From Zygnema circumcarinatum SAG 698-1b (taxonomy: Eukaryota; Plantae; Zygnematophyceae): DNA of 64,000 nucleotides. The notes beneath the pieces were generated by a model. The model had not been told where the DNA came from. It did not search any database and saw only the letters and a list, made by a program, of their open reading frames with translations. The DNA lies in the NCBI GenBank assembly GCA_037447605.1, contig CM074805.1, positions 496,001-560,000 of the forward strand, written 5' to 3'. Below are positions 37,201 to 49,171 of this stretch, piece after piece (positions within the stretch are counted from its first letter, which is position 1; each line of letters begins with the position of its first letter). The position numbers were made by a program, and so were the translations under genes.

Positions 37201-38450
37201 TAGTTCAAGACGGAGTATGTCGAAACCTCTACGAACAGCTTACTGATCCTTCGAACCAACACTGACTATCTCAACCAAGAATCTTCGTTTCTTGTCGATC
37301 ACGCATGGGTAACGAGAGATCGACTAAGAGTTGGAATTGTGAGAGCCTTGCAAGCGCTCCGGGAGCAATGTCAGAAATGCAGATCGAGGGAGCGGAAGTA
37401 TGCATCATATAATTGCCTGGCTCTCCTCGGGACCCTTACAGTACGACGAGAACCCTAAGCACTGACCAATCAGAAATTCCCACAAATACCGTTCACATCT
37501 CTTCCACTTAGCTATAAAAGCTGCGCGAGATGGGTCTCCAAGCAACGGCTCTTAACTTTGACCTTTGATCCGAGTCTTCCTTCAACAGAAGGAACAGCAT
37601 TCATCCGCACAACAGAAAGGGGCGAAAGCAACATCAAACTCACCCCAGCACGCGACTGGTACAGGAGCACATCCTTCGACTGAAATCCGGTTTCCTCCAA
37701 GAATGTCAAAAAAGGTTTCTTAGAGAACAAATAGCACATGCTGATAAGCTTTACCGCCTCCTCCAGCTCCTCTATCACATCCGATCCGCTTAAACGAGTA
37801 CTTCCTTCTCCCGCATACACTTCCGCCACATGCAGCTGGCCCTGCATCTCCCATCAAACCGCGAACTCCCGCATTTCAGCATCATACTCTGCTCTCTCTC
37901 TTCCATCACTCTCAATACGCCTAGCTCCAGGCCCTCCGCTGTCCTTTCCTCCTCTCCCCCCTTCTTCTTCCCTCCTGACCACCTCTTCCCTCCTTTCTTT
38001 TCTTCAACCACTACTCTCCCCTGTCTTCTTCCTTCCATGCCTGCGAGCTCCGTCCCACCCTTTCCCCCCTCACAAACATTGGCTGCGCCATGAGCTCTCC
38101 TACTCACTCACCTGTCTCCTGAGGAGATAGTTGATCCCAAACGCCAGATGATGTATGGGCCACTTCCCAAGCGTCTCCGAATACGCAAAGCGCAGTGCCT
38201 CTGCCAGCATGGACAGAGCTTCACTCCACGTGGTAGGCGGACGCGCCGGCCTCCTCAGCTGTTCTCGAATGCGCTGCAGGCGCTCCCTCTCGCTCTCGCC
38301 ATCCTCTTCCTCTATCTCCATCAGCTCCGTCTTCCCCCCTCCTCCTCCTCCTCCCCCAAGCGGCCATGGCAGAACAATGCTGTCAGTAAATCCCGTGTAG
38401 TAAAGCACTACTGCAGCTCCTGCTGCAGTGGCCAGCACCACGGTAGCCAT
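34249..38450 (-). CDS. Class 3 lipase with mono/diacylglycerol-lipase N-terminal domain and acidic C-terminal extension
   Basis: Exons 38450-38112, 37841-37643, 36807-36535, 36175-36073, 35842-35724, 35607-35359, 35163-34249. Translation includes LRFAYSETLGKWP, IRGTHSMKDTLT, GYAHCGMVAAA, catalytic GHSLGG, SDVVPTFSAAS and DHFMPNY. Confidence 0.92.
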
Positions 38451-39854
38451 GGCTGCCGCCCGTCCTCTTCCCTCCCTAATAGCATTAACAGCCCTCACCC
38501 CCCGGCCCTTAGCCCTAATCTTGGGCTCATCAATTGGGCGGCGTGCCGCCGCTATGTAGAAGATGTCCGTATGATTTGTCGTACGGCTTTTATGTACCAT
38601 ACAAGAAAGTACACGAACGTCCGTACATACGTACATGTAGGGAGGTTGTTCGCTTTATAGTCCTTGACTTTATCGCGGGCTATGGGAGTCCGTACGGCAC
38701 ACAAAAGGAGGTTGTTTCACTTTAGATTGACTTTAACTTTATGACGGGTTCAAGAGGGTCCATACGACCGTACCGGGAGGTTTCGCCTTCGGTCGTCGTT
38801 AACTTTATCGCGGGCCCAAGGTGGCTCTGGAAAAAGTCGCCGGCAGGTCGTGAACCGAAATGATTGGCTCACTGTGCTGACCCAAACATCTAAGAGTCAC
38901 ATCTTACGACACTAAGTCACATGCAGGTTTTTGAAGAACATAAGAATTCTCACAAAAACCCAAAAAACCAGAAACCAAGTTTTCGTTATGCTTTACTTTA
39001 TCGAGGGCACTTCCGGTCACTTCACCAGTCCCAGTCAATTCCGTGCCCTATGCCGTCAGATCCGCATGAGTGCTCAACACTTTTCCGTACACATCCAACT
39101 GTTAAGTCAATTTTGTACAGAGCACGCTGTACGATTTGTACGATCATCTGTCGGTGCTGTGTGTCGCGGAGAGGCGCCTTCTGGCGGCCGTTGGATCTGA
39201 CCGCTAACGGTCACTTTACGTGTCGTAAAACTATTTCACACATGCGATAGCGACAATATTTGGCATTTTCTTCCGGAGAAGCTTCTACGTACGGCCTCAA
39301 TGGCGTAAAACTGTACCTTCCGTACGTGACGGTAGACGACGGCCCCCACTGGATGGCCTCAACTTCCGTACAGTTCTTGGCAACACAGAACGCCCCACGC
39401 TTTGTTAAACTAGAACAACAGCATAGATACGACGCTTGACACATAAAGAGGCACAATACAGTGCCCATCGTGTTTCTCTTGGAAGAAGAAGAAACGAAGG
39501 GGTAAGAAAGGGGCACATTTCTGTGAATAATAATAGTGTTGGGAAGAGGCACGTTTCTCACGACTACATACCCGTGGCATGGCTTAATCATTCTCTTTTT
39601 AATATGAACAAAAATAAGTCTCCATGGGGTAACTCTACCCTTAACTGTCATATTCACAACACACAAACTGACTTAAGCTCGCTGTGCTACTATCTCCCTC
39701 GAGCATAACAAAACTCTCTGTACAGTTCCAAGTTCAAAGCAGTGTCAACACACTCAGCTCGTCTCGCACCATCAGTCCTCCAACTTCTATACAAACCGCG
39801 AGTCCCCGCAGAAGCAAAATTGGTCGAAGCCAAGGCCGCCGCCTGCTTCAGTAT

Positions 39855-42800
39855 TTACATGCGGAAAACTCCGTAATCCGTGTGCTTGGGCGGCGCATTC
39901 AACGCAGCGGCCAAGCATAGAGCCACAACATCGCGCGTGTCAGCGGGGTCGATGATGCCGTCATCCCACAGCCGAGCTGTCGCATAGTATGGGCTTCCCT
40001 CCCTCTCATAAGAGGCGACAACCTTCTTCTTGAATTCCGCCTCCTCGGTAGCCTCCCACTGCCCAAAGACCTCACTCAGTTTGTCAGTGCAAACCGACGA
40101 GACCCAACACTAAGGAGCAAGGGCTTTTTCATTCTATTCGACTGTTCTATGTGCTTTTGCAGAGCCCATATTATTATTCAAACGCAATGTCTCTACAGGT
40201 CTCTACAGAGTCTGTTCTGTTTCCCTTGCCAGGAGGCCCCCTCTCATGTGAAGCCGACCTACCTCCTTGCCATGACGCTTTCTCTTCTCCCCCTCCACTT
40301 GTGCCAACACTCCTGCAGCCTGCAACCCCCCACGGTAAAGAAAGGAAGGAGGAGTAGGCTAGACTAGTACAGAGAGGGGAAGAGAAAGAGAGAGTCGGGA
40401 GTAGGGTGGGGTGTACCTGATCTCCTCCCATGACAGAAATTCGAGCGTTCGGCCACATAAAGAGGAAATTGGGAGAGTATGCGCGCCCACACATGCCATA
40501 GTTTCCAGCCCCGTAACTGCCTCCCACAATCACGGTCACCTTCGGAACCTGCAAGGAAGGAGCACCTCTATCACCCTATGTTATCCCTTCCTTCAGTCCT
40601 CTCCTTGTCGTGCGTTTCCAACAAGGTTCTCTGCAGCCTTCCGGCATATAAGTTTCATTGCATTTTCTCGAAAACAACAAGGGAATAATGATTGGAAAGA
40701 GTATCCACCTGAGCACAGGCTACCGCCATCACCATTTTCGCTCCTGCCTTGGCAATACCGGCACTTTCTGCAGCTCTCCCAACCTGTACCCATGCAACCT
40801 TTCTCCCATTATACCTACTCATCCAAAACCTTGAGAGAGAGAGAGAGAAAGAGAGAGAGAGTGAGGGGCTATTTGTGAATTTTTCTTTCTGCAGCAACTT
40901 CAGATTCATGACTTTTCCTTTCACATTTGTTCGAGAAGATTGGAAAGACTCACCATGAATCCAGTGATGTTTTGGAGGAACAAAAGCGGTATGTGACGCT
41001 GACAACATAACTGTATGAAGTGCGCCCCCTTAAGGGCGGACTCAGCAAACAAAACTCCGTTGTTGGCTACCAGCCCCACAGGCTGCCCTCGGATTCTCAT
41101 AAATCCAGTAACAAGCGTCTGCCACCACAGCAAGTTCATCCGTTATCACTCTCTCACTCTCTCTCTCTCTCTCACACACACACACTGTCTCTCTCTCTCG
41201 TTTTCTCTCCCTCTCCCATCACCCCCTCCCACCTCTTGCCAGACTCAAACCACGTTTGATGCTCAACACACCTGCGAAAGGTATCCAAGCTGATGAACAA
41301 GCCCTCCCACATCTCCTGTACTGTTCAATTGGAAAGGAATGGCAAGAAAAGACGATCTTCAAAGTGGAAGGCAGGAGGAGAGTATATGCACCGGACCATA
41401 GAGCCGTTTGAATTCGTCAAATTCGCTCCCATCAGCGATGTGAGAGATGACGGCCCGAATATCAAAGGCTTGACGAGCGTCCGCCGGAGGGAGACCGCGG
41501 AGCTCATCTGCGGGAGAGAGAGGCTCCTCTCCCTCTCGGCCTCCCACCATTTGGGCCGCTCCTCTCTGCACTGACTCCAATGGGGCCAAATGGAGGGAAG
41601 CGACGATTCTACGGGCAATGGCGAGAGCGTGCAGCTCATCTGTTTAGGCAAGCAGTTCAAAACTTTGTTTATTTCTGTTATTCTAATTGCGGGCATGTGC
41701 GATTCGCTCTTCATATTGAAGTTGCATTAGCTCAAGTGTGTGGGTGCCATTCAAGAAGAGGGTTCAGGGTGGCTTTGTCTATAAGAAGGGAAAATAGAGG
41801 GGCTTTTAAAAGGGGGTTTTACCGTTTGCGAAGTGGTCGGTAACCCCCGAAGTTCGGCAGTGGAGAAGAGCACCTCCCAAGTCTTCCGCACTCACTTCTT
41901 CACCAGTGGCTGCCTGCATTGCCAATCACCTCAAACAAATCTTCAGGATGCATACTTTGGAAACTTTTTATAAAAAAGGCTGCAAAAAGTATGATTATTT
42001 CAGAAGGAGAGACAAGCCCCATAAAGTATAGGAAATGCCTAGAGGAGGGAGGAAACTTGCCTTAACTAATGGAGGGCCTGCCAAGAAGATGGTGCCATTC
42101 CCACGTACAATAACGCTCTCGTCAGCCATAGCTGGGACGTAAGCCCCTCCTGCTGTGCATGAACCCAACACAACTGCTATCTGTGGTATTCCTGCTTTGG
42201 ATAACTGAGCCTGGTTGTAAAATATACGTCCAAAATGGTCTCTATCAGGAAAGACCTCTGCCTGGCGAGGCAGGTTTGCTCCTCCCGAGTCGACAAGGTA
42301 AAGGCAGGGAAGGCGGCACTGGGAAGCAATTTCCTGAGCTCGAAGGTGCTTTTTTACAGTGATGGGAAAATAGGTCCCCCCCTTAACAGTGGCATCATTG
42401 GCAACAAGCATACAGAGACGGCCGGAAACTCGACCGATTCCGGTGACTATGCCGCCACTCGGCACCTCTTCGTCGTACAGAGTGAGACCTGCCAGCTGGC
42501 CCAAATCGCATGCCATCTTCAGAAATGTATGGCCTAAGCATCAAACAAAGGACCAGATAACAAATTGAAATGGGTCGAAATCGATCAAAACCAAGAAATA
42601 AGGGTGAGTAAGACGTCGAGAAAAACGTGGCAAGATTAGCGGCGTTTGTAGGGTTTCAAGAAAAGGGCCAAGTTGCCAGACACCTGATATTTCGCTTGAC
42701 ATCTCCTCTCTGCATCCTCACTATCTTCAAACATGTCAGCCTTCGTTGAAGCCGAAGATGTTCAGTTCGACGTGTAAGACATGTTCTTATCTAATTCCTA

Positions 42801-44000
42801 AGGCGCACTTTTCCCTATGCACCAAGTGCCGCAAAACTGCATGAAGTCAATGCAGAGTCAAAGTTGGCCCCTACCGGAGATAGCTCCAAGAACGGTGAGC
42901 CAGAGTCAAGGAGACGGTCAATTCGTTCTCGCGGTAATAATTTGCCCCTCGCGTGGTGCCTCTCTACGGCCTTCAGCCCTCCTCCCTGCAGCGCCTGTCC
43001 ACCAGCCAAACCGAATCCGTATTCACAAGAAAGAGCAATGGAAACTTCAGAAAGCTTCCAAGCTTCGTTAAAAACTACGACACTACTGGTCATGAACGAA
43101 GAGACTTGAGAAGATAGCGAAGAGACTTGAGAAGGTAGAGCATGGACTTGGCAGGTGTGGAGGTATAAATTTTCACGGCACGAAATCACCAACGCAAAAG
43201 GGGTTAGGTGAAGCTGGGGGACGAAATCTTCGTGGGCATTTTGGCCAGCCAATACGGCTGACCTACGTGAGAAATGAGTCAATCAATTCAGGGCACCATT
43301 TGCAATCGCAGCTAAATTGCGAAGAAACAATCCCCCTCATAGAATGGTTAGCATGCCAACGAAAGAAGCTCTGCAAACTGTCTACAGCTTGTTGATGCGG
43401 AATGATACTATTTGATGTCGAGCAAATGTAATTCCTACGCAATAAAACGGCATAGAGAAGAGCCGCATTTCGTATGCTACTTTCATGAAACTCTGTCTTT
43501 CTGGAAAGAGAAATTGGATGGGGAAATGTATAAAAACACCAGGTGATTGCGCAAGTACATGGCATAGCATAGGCTTTCGCATGGTAGCAATTGGACATGG
43601 AAATAAATTTCTCCAAAGAAGCGAGTCCACAGATTGAATTCAACTACCTTTTGGAATCTCCTTGCTCTGAACAAACAATTTATTTGCATCTTACCTTTGC
43701 CGTCTCCATTCGCAATCGCTCCAGCAACTTCTCCATTGCATTATAATTGTCCTTGAACTTTTCACTTCCTGTATCAATTCCACTTTCTAATACACCAATA
43801 CCGTCCGGGCCACTTTCTGTGCTATGCCTTCTCTGCTGATTTCTGCTCAGTGTCGCCTCATCAACACGATTTCTTTTGGCCATTGCAGAAAATGGGCTCA
43901 AATGCAGCCTTCCTGGCAAACCATTTCTTAATAGAGAGAGCACAACATTCATTCTTATCCGCGGTGCACGTGCACCACACGAAGTTGTTGTGGAAGCCAT
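39855..44000 (-). CDS. MCCB: 3-methylcrotonyl-CoA carboxylase beta subunit, mitochondrial
   Basis: Exons 44000 (or 43952)-43695, 42994-42875, 42495-42061, 41913-41823, 41639-41392, 41118-40954, 40783-40709, 40548-40417, 40319-40263, 40058-39855. Translation includes [61 protein letters not shown] and [11 protein letters not shown], ending GVFRM. Confidence 0.97.
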
Positions 44001-44320
44001 GGCTCATGGAGGTTACAGCTGAGAAAGGCACACCTCAGGCCTCCATGGACTAGCATCTCCTTGGACGGTCAGACTTGCGAACGGACGGTAGGACGTCCTC
44101 CGGCGACGCTGGGGACGGAAACGTATCCTTTTGAAGGACGAAGGGACAAGGCTTTAGGGTTGGTGTAAGCCTTGACTTCGGCGTTGCAAGAGACAGCGAG
44201 AGCTTCTACTTGGAGGGAGTGTAGAGGTTCCAGGAGCCTTTCACTCAGGCAGTAACTAAATACTGGAAAGGTATAAGCTCTCAGTGCAGTAAGGAAGAAG
44301 CTGCTTTTCATTTCGCAGCC

Positions 44321-45458
44321 ATGGATCGTGCAAGCGGGAATCTGAATTCGCTGTATCGTCTGATGATGAGGAGGAATTCTGTGTACATTGGCTTCATTCT
44401 TGTTGGAGCCTTGGCTGGAGAAAGGGTGAGTGAAATTTTCTTCAATGGAAACGTATGACTTTCAGGATGTTTCATTCAGTGAGAAAGCCATGCTTGTTTG
44501 CCAGGGAGGGATCAGTGTAGACAGTCATTCGCGTGATATCCGATATAATGCACTGTGTTCTCCACACTCGCTCTGTGGTTTTTGGTTTCCGAGTAGTCTT
44601 GTACATTCAATGATAGTAAAACAAGGATTCACCTGTCCATTTTGTTGGTTTTATTGGGCAGGTTGTCAACTACGGGTTTGATAGAGTCTGGGAGGCAAAC
44701 AACAAAGGGGTGAGTTTTTCCGCAGGAAGCGTTTTGGGATGTATTTTGTCTCCATCATCCATAAGCTAGTCGTGCTGTGACATGGAAAACCAAACATGTG
44801 TAGCAACCACGGAGAGCAGTAGAAAGCTGCAAAGCCGTTTCTTACTCAGATGGTTTCATTAAAGACGCTATTTGCAGGCAGCCAGAAAGAACCATGTTCC
44901 TGCGTTTTGTTGGGAAGCGTTACTTTGAATTCTATGCACGTTATTACTTCGTCAAAGTCCCGCATTAGACGGGCCCTTGCCACATAACGGTTTTCTCTAT
45001 GAGTTGAATGATAAATAGTCAAGACTGGCGAGACGATCTAGTCTATTCGAATATTAAAGGAATAAACCTTCTTATCTAGTACCATTGTAGGTCTAGAATT
45101 GGGAAGCAGACTATTGAACATCCGTTCAAATAGGTGAACATCGCAGACCTTGTTTCTGCAAAGTGCGTGTATAAGCAAACAGACATGCTGGTCAGGCGTG
45201 TGATTGTGGAGGCTGTCTGCGCATTACCTATGCTCTTGTGGAACCATCCTTGGCAGAATTTTCGGACACAGTCAAGAATCAGAAACGTAGCTAGGGCATC
45301 TCCCCTTCCGCGAGTAGATTCGATGATGAGACAGATGAAAGCAGGTTCGCTTGTTTGGTGACTAAAATCTAGGGCTGTCGATTCTTTGGGGTGGCAAACA
45401 GAAACGGTACGAGGATATCAAAGTTCTGGGGACGAGAATTGAAGAAGCTGACGAATAA
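44321..45458 (+). CDS. QCR9: Cytochrome b-c1 complex subunit 9
   Basis: Exons 44321-44425, 44662-44709, 45402-45458 give MDRASGNLNSLYRLMMRRNSVYIGFILVGALAGERVVNYGFDRVWEANNKGKRYEDIKVLGTRIEEADE. Not in the ORF track. Confidence 0.93.
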
Positions 45459-46160
45459 TATTGGGACGCTCTTGAGAACCATTCCCCATGTTGCAGAAGT
45501 AAATGTTTGGGCGAAATTTGCAACTTGGTGTTATCCCCAGGCTCGAATCTCATGCCTGGGAGGGGGCTGAATGCAGAAGTAAGATTAATGCAGTCGAGGG
45601 AGACGAGGGTTGTGGTGCCTAGTATTGATTCAATAGAGTAGGGTAGGACGCTTCTGTCAGCACACAGTACGTGGAGTTGGAGGACTGACCTTACTCCTCT
45701 TTGAGCCACATGTTCTTCCAATTGAAGTTCCTGTGCATTTATGGAGTTCCTGCTCCTGCTTTTTAATCGGCTGGTCACTGCATGAGCTGGAACATCACCA
45801 CCTTCATTGTCACAGGTTTTTCCAGATAAGGGATTAAGGTTCACTTTTCAGATCCTTTGATGCTGTGAGATGGACAGATGTTATTTTATCGTCAATTACA
45901 TATACCGCCATGTTCAGAGTATGCGTGTAGTTCCTTGCAATTCTCAGGTTCCTTAAGGGGCTTCAGACTTGAAAAAATCGATAGAATTTACTTTGAAGGA
46001 AGTACTTCGAATCTCACCGATACTAAAAATGAAGCGACAAGGTCTCAAAGAGACAAGGTCTAAGACCCCCTTCTTGGGCTCCTCTGGAGAGGACCAGAGC
46101 CTGTGAGAGACCAACACATGCCGTCTCTATTTCTGTTCCCTGTCAGTTCACAGCTTTGTG

Positions 46161-46486
46161 CACGTGGCCACGCGCCATTGGAAGATGCTAGTCTAACCAT
46201 GGACCACACCATGTGCATACTGACCATGGAGCAGCAGAAGCTACATACCCCTCCAGGATGATCCCTGTTTGCAGTCCCGTGCCGCGTGACAGTTCTATGC
46301 TTATGGGAGTTACGCTTTATCGACATTTTATCGGACATAGAATAGGCCACGTGTCGGATCGACCGACTTGCTGTACAGAAATGTCGCCACGTGGAGAATC
46401 CACGTCAGCATGCTGCAACTCGCGGGCGGACGCGGACCTCCGTTTGGCGTGTCTGTCTGGACTGACCAGTCACAGCCTGCCACGTC
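46161..46486. promoter_or_regulatory. Cluster of G-box/ABRE-like ACGT elements upstream of the PEBP gene
   Basis: CACGTG at 46161, 46348 (ACGTGTC context) and 46388; CACGTC at 46401 and 46481; CACGCG at 46169. Confidence 0.55.
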
Positions 46487-46653
46487 AAGGTAAATGCTGA
46501 TGTGGCCGTCCGTGATTGGCTCCCGCTTAACTGTGGAGGGTGCCTTTCAAGGAAGGCCCACCTTGCAACTTTTTTCCTTCCCTCTCAAGAAAAAGCTCTC
46601 AAAAGGTAGAGAATACGCTGGGAAGGAGGGAGGGAGGAGGAAGAGGAGCGGCC

Positions 46654-48040
46654 ATGGCGACGGAGGCTTTTCACGTGACATCTCCCGCCTTCAAGGACGG
46701 AGGCCATATCCCTCGCAAGCACACGGATGACGGCCCGAACGGGCAGCATGACATCGCTCCCGCCATACAGTGGCATGGTGTTCCGGAGGGTACCGAGTCG
46801 CTCGCTCTCATTATGGAGGATATTGACGCACCTGACCCTGATGATCCTATCGCTCCATGGACGCACTGGTAGAATTTGTTGTGAGGCTGAGAATTGATCA
46901 GATGTCATTGTGAAACTGCAAAGCTTGCAGTTAGTTATTTTGGGGCAAATCTTGTTTGTGTCGAGAACGAGATTTTGGAGATGTTAAATCACAGCTTCCA
47001 GCGTGTTTTTTTCGTAAAGGGCTGACGGGGGTGGGACAAGGGATATTCCTGCAGGGTGCTCGCCAACATTCCGCCAACGCTGAAAGGTGATTGACCTTTA
47101 AGTCGAGCAATTAGTGCGTTTCGCATTTCATTTGCATGCCTGACTGAAGGATGATTATGCTGTTACCACGAGACAGTTTTAAATAGTTGATTAATTTAGG
47201 ATTCGAGCTTCAGGAGTTTCTCATGATCACTATATTCATGCGAATGTTGCTGTATTTGGAAAATCAATGGCTCCAGGACCATCTGGATATGTCATCTTCC
47301 CGCTTGATGGAATTCTCCCAAGCGTTCTGATGTAAGCTATTGTGGTGGACTTAAAGGAGGCTATTGTTTGTTCCGGATCATTATGGCTGGCACCTGCACC
47401 GTATGTGGTCTCATAACTGTAATTTGTACACTGATGTTGCAGGTCTTCCTGAGGGATTTCGTGCAAAAGATCACGAAGGCACAGAGTACAGCGAGATTCA
47501 CGAAGGGGTTAATGACAACAAGTTGCCTGGCTATCGAGGACCGTGCCCGCCTGTTGGCCAACATCGCTATGTGGTCACTCTATATGCACTTGATTCAAAG
47601 CTCAAGCTCCGACACAAAGTGAGTGACTTTCTGACGCATTGGTGCGAGATTTCAGCATTGGCTGAGAAAGAATTGATGGCATTTCATCGACAGCTATCTG
47701 TGATTGTCTTCGGGCATTTGGAACTCGCGTTTTGAGAATCATTGGACGGTGTCATCAATCTCTTTACTGTCGAAATGACGCTGGTCGCTTGGAAGACTAG
47801 TACCATTCTATTCCTCAATTTCGACATCAACGTTGCTTGCTCGTGAAACCATTGCTATTGTGCCCCCTTCAGATGACAAAGGAGACGTTGCAGGAGGCAA
47901 TGGAAGGTCACATAATTGCCGAGGCGCAGCTTGTCGGAACCTACACTAAGGAGAAAGGAGCCGTTCATGACAATGCTAATGCAAAGCGAATGCCGCACCA
48001 AGTTAAGGAGCAGAGGATCCTGCAGGGCAACAAATTTTGA
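46654..48040 (+). CDS. YbhB/YbcL-type (bacterial-like) PEBP/Raf-kinase-inhibitor family protein
   Basis: Exons 46654-46868, 47055-47086, 47443-47618, 47873-48040. Translation includes TSPAFKDGGHIPRKHT, PEGTESLALIMEDIDAPDP, WTHWVLANIP and GYRGPCPPVGQHRYVVTLYALD. Confidence 0.93.
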
Positions 48041-49171
48041 AACTTTCAGTCCTGCTCGCCAGTATGGTTTCCCTGCCAGTGTCATCAAATGTACAGTTTT
48101 GTCTTTTCTCTAAAGTAGCTTGGGATAATATGCTTTCGTGGACGTCCCAACTATCTTGTAATCTTAGTGTTTTTTGCCCTCGTTACCAAATGACGCCAAT
48201 GTAAAGGTATAGCTATGCCGTTCCCTGTTTCTCTCCCTACTTTTCTCAGTCAGGCTTAACCCCAATGACCTTTGTGGCGCCTGCCTTCATGTCCAATTTT
48301 CCCCTTTTCTGCTTTCGGCCATTGTGGCTGGTCCTTGCCAATCACGAATGGAGGGCAGCAAGAGTGATACGCAATGAATTCAACATATTCACACTTGACA
48401 AACTCAAATGTGAAATTTGTTTTTGACGAGAGCCTGGTATTATGCTGTTACCACCGATTTCTCTAGAACAACGAACTGATTTCAAGTTCCAAAGTGTGCA
48501 ACTTTTTTTAAAGCTTTTTGTTTCTACATTCGCATCTTAACCAGGCAAATGATTTTTTAGCTAAATCAATAAAAAATTGAGTCATAAAATTGTTGTTGTT
48601 ATCAAAAATAAAAAAAAGGGAGTAAAACAAAATCGTTATGGTTGAAAGACTCCGAATGCTGTCATCACCAAAACATAATTTCCATATTCACACCTCACGT
48701 TTCCTCAACCCCCCCCCCCAAGGGCCGAATGAAGCACCTGGCTCAGTATAGATCGCAGAAAGAATCTTGCTGTACGAAAAAGCAGAAAACGAACCAGAAG
48801 GACCGGAGTCCGTGTGCAAGAAGTTGACACTTCACTGAGTTCTGTGGAACTGGATACATGCGGCAGCAGCAGCCGCCTCGTGTCTCAAGAAGATGCAGTA
48901 CAAAAGGTCCTCGCTATACCTTTGTACCCTTGTGCCCTATCTTCTATCGCCCTTTACAGGTGACTTCCAGGACTGCCTTATGTGACGGGTGGTCAGTTAA
49001 CCTTCGGGGTCTGCTTTTCCCTCCAAAGCCAAAATCCAGCCCTTACGAGGCTCCTGATTCAAAGAGTTTCCATGTGACACTAGGTTTAAAATCGGGTATA
49101 GAAGTGGGCACAGGTGGCGTCCTCGCAATGGACACGGCAACCACCGGAGCGATTCCTTCTTGTCTTGATGT

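Noticed and set aside
45362-45844. 160-aa minus-strand ORF
   Set aside because: It is antisense to the last QCR9 exon and 3' UTR, with no recognisable domain.
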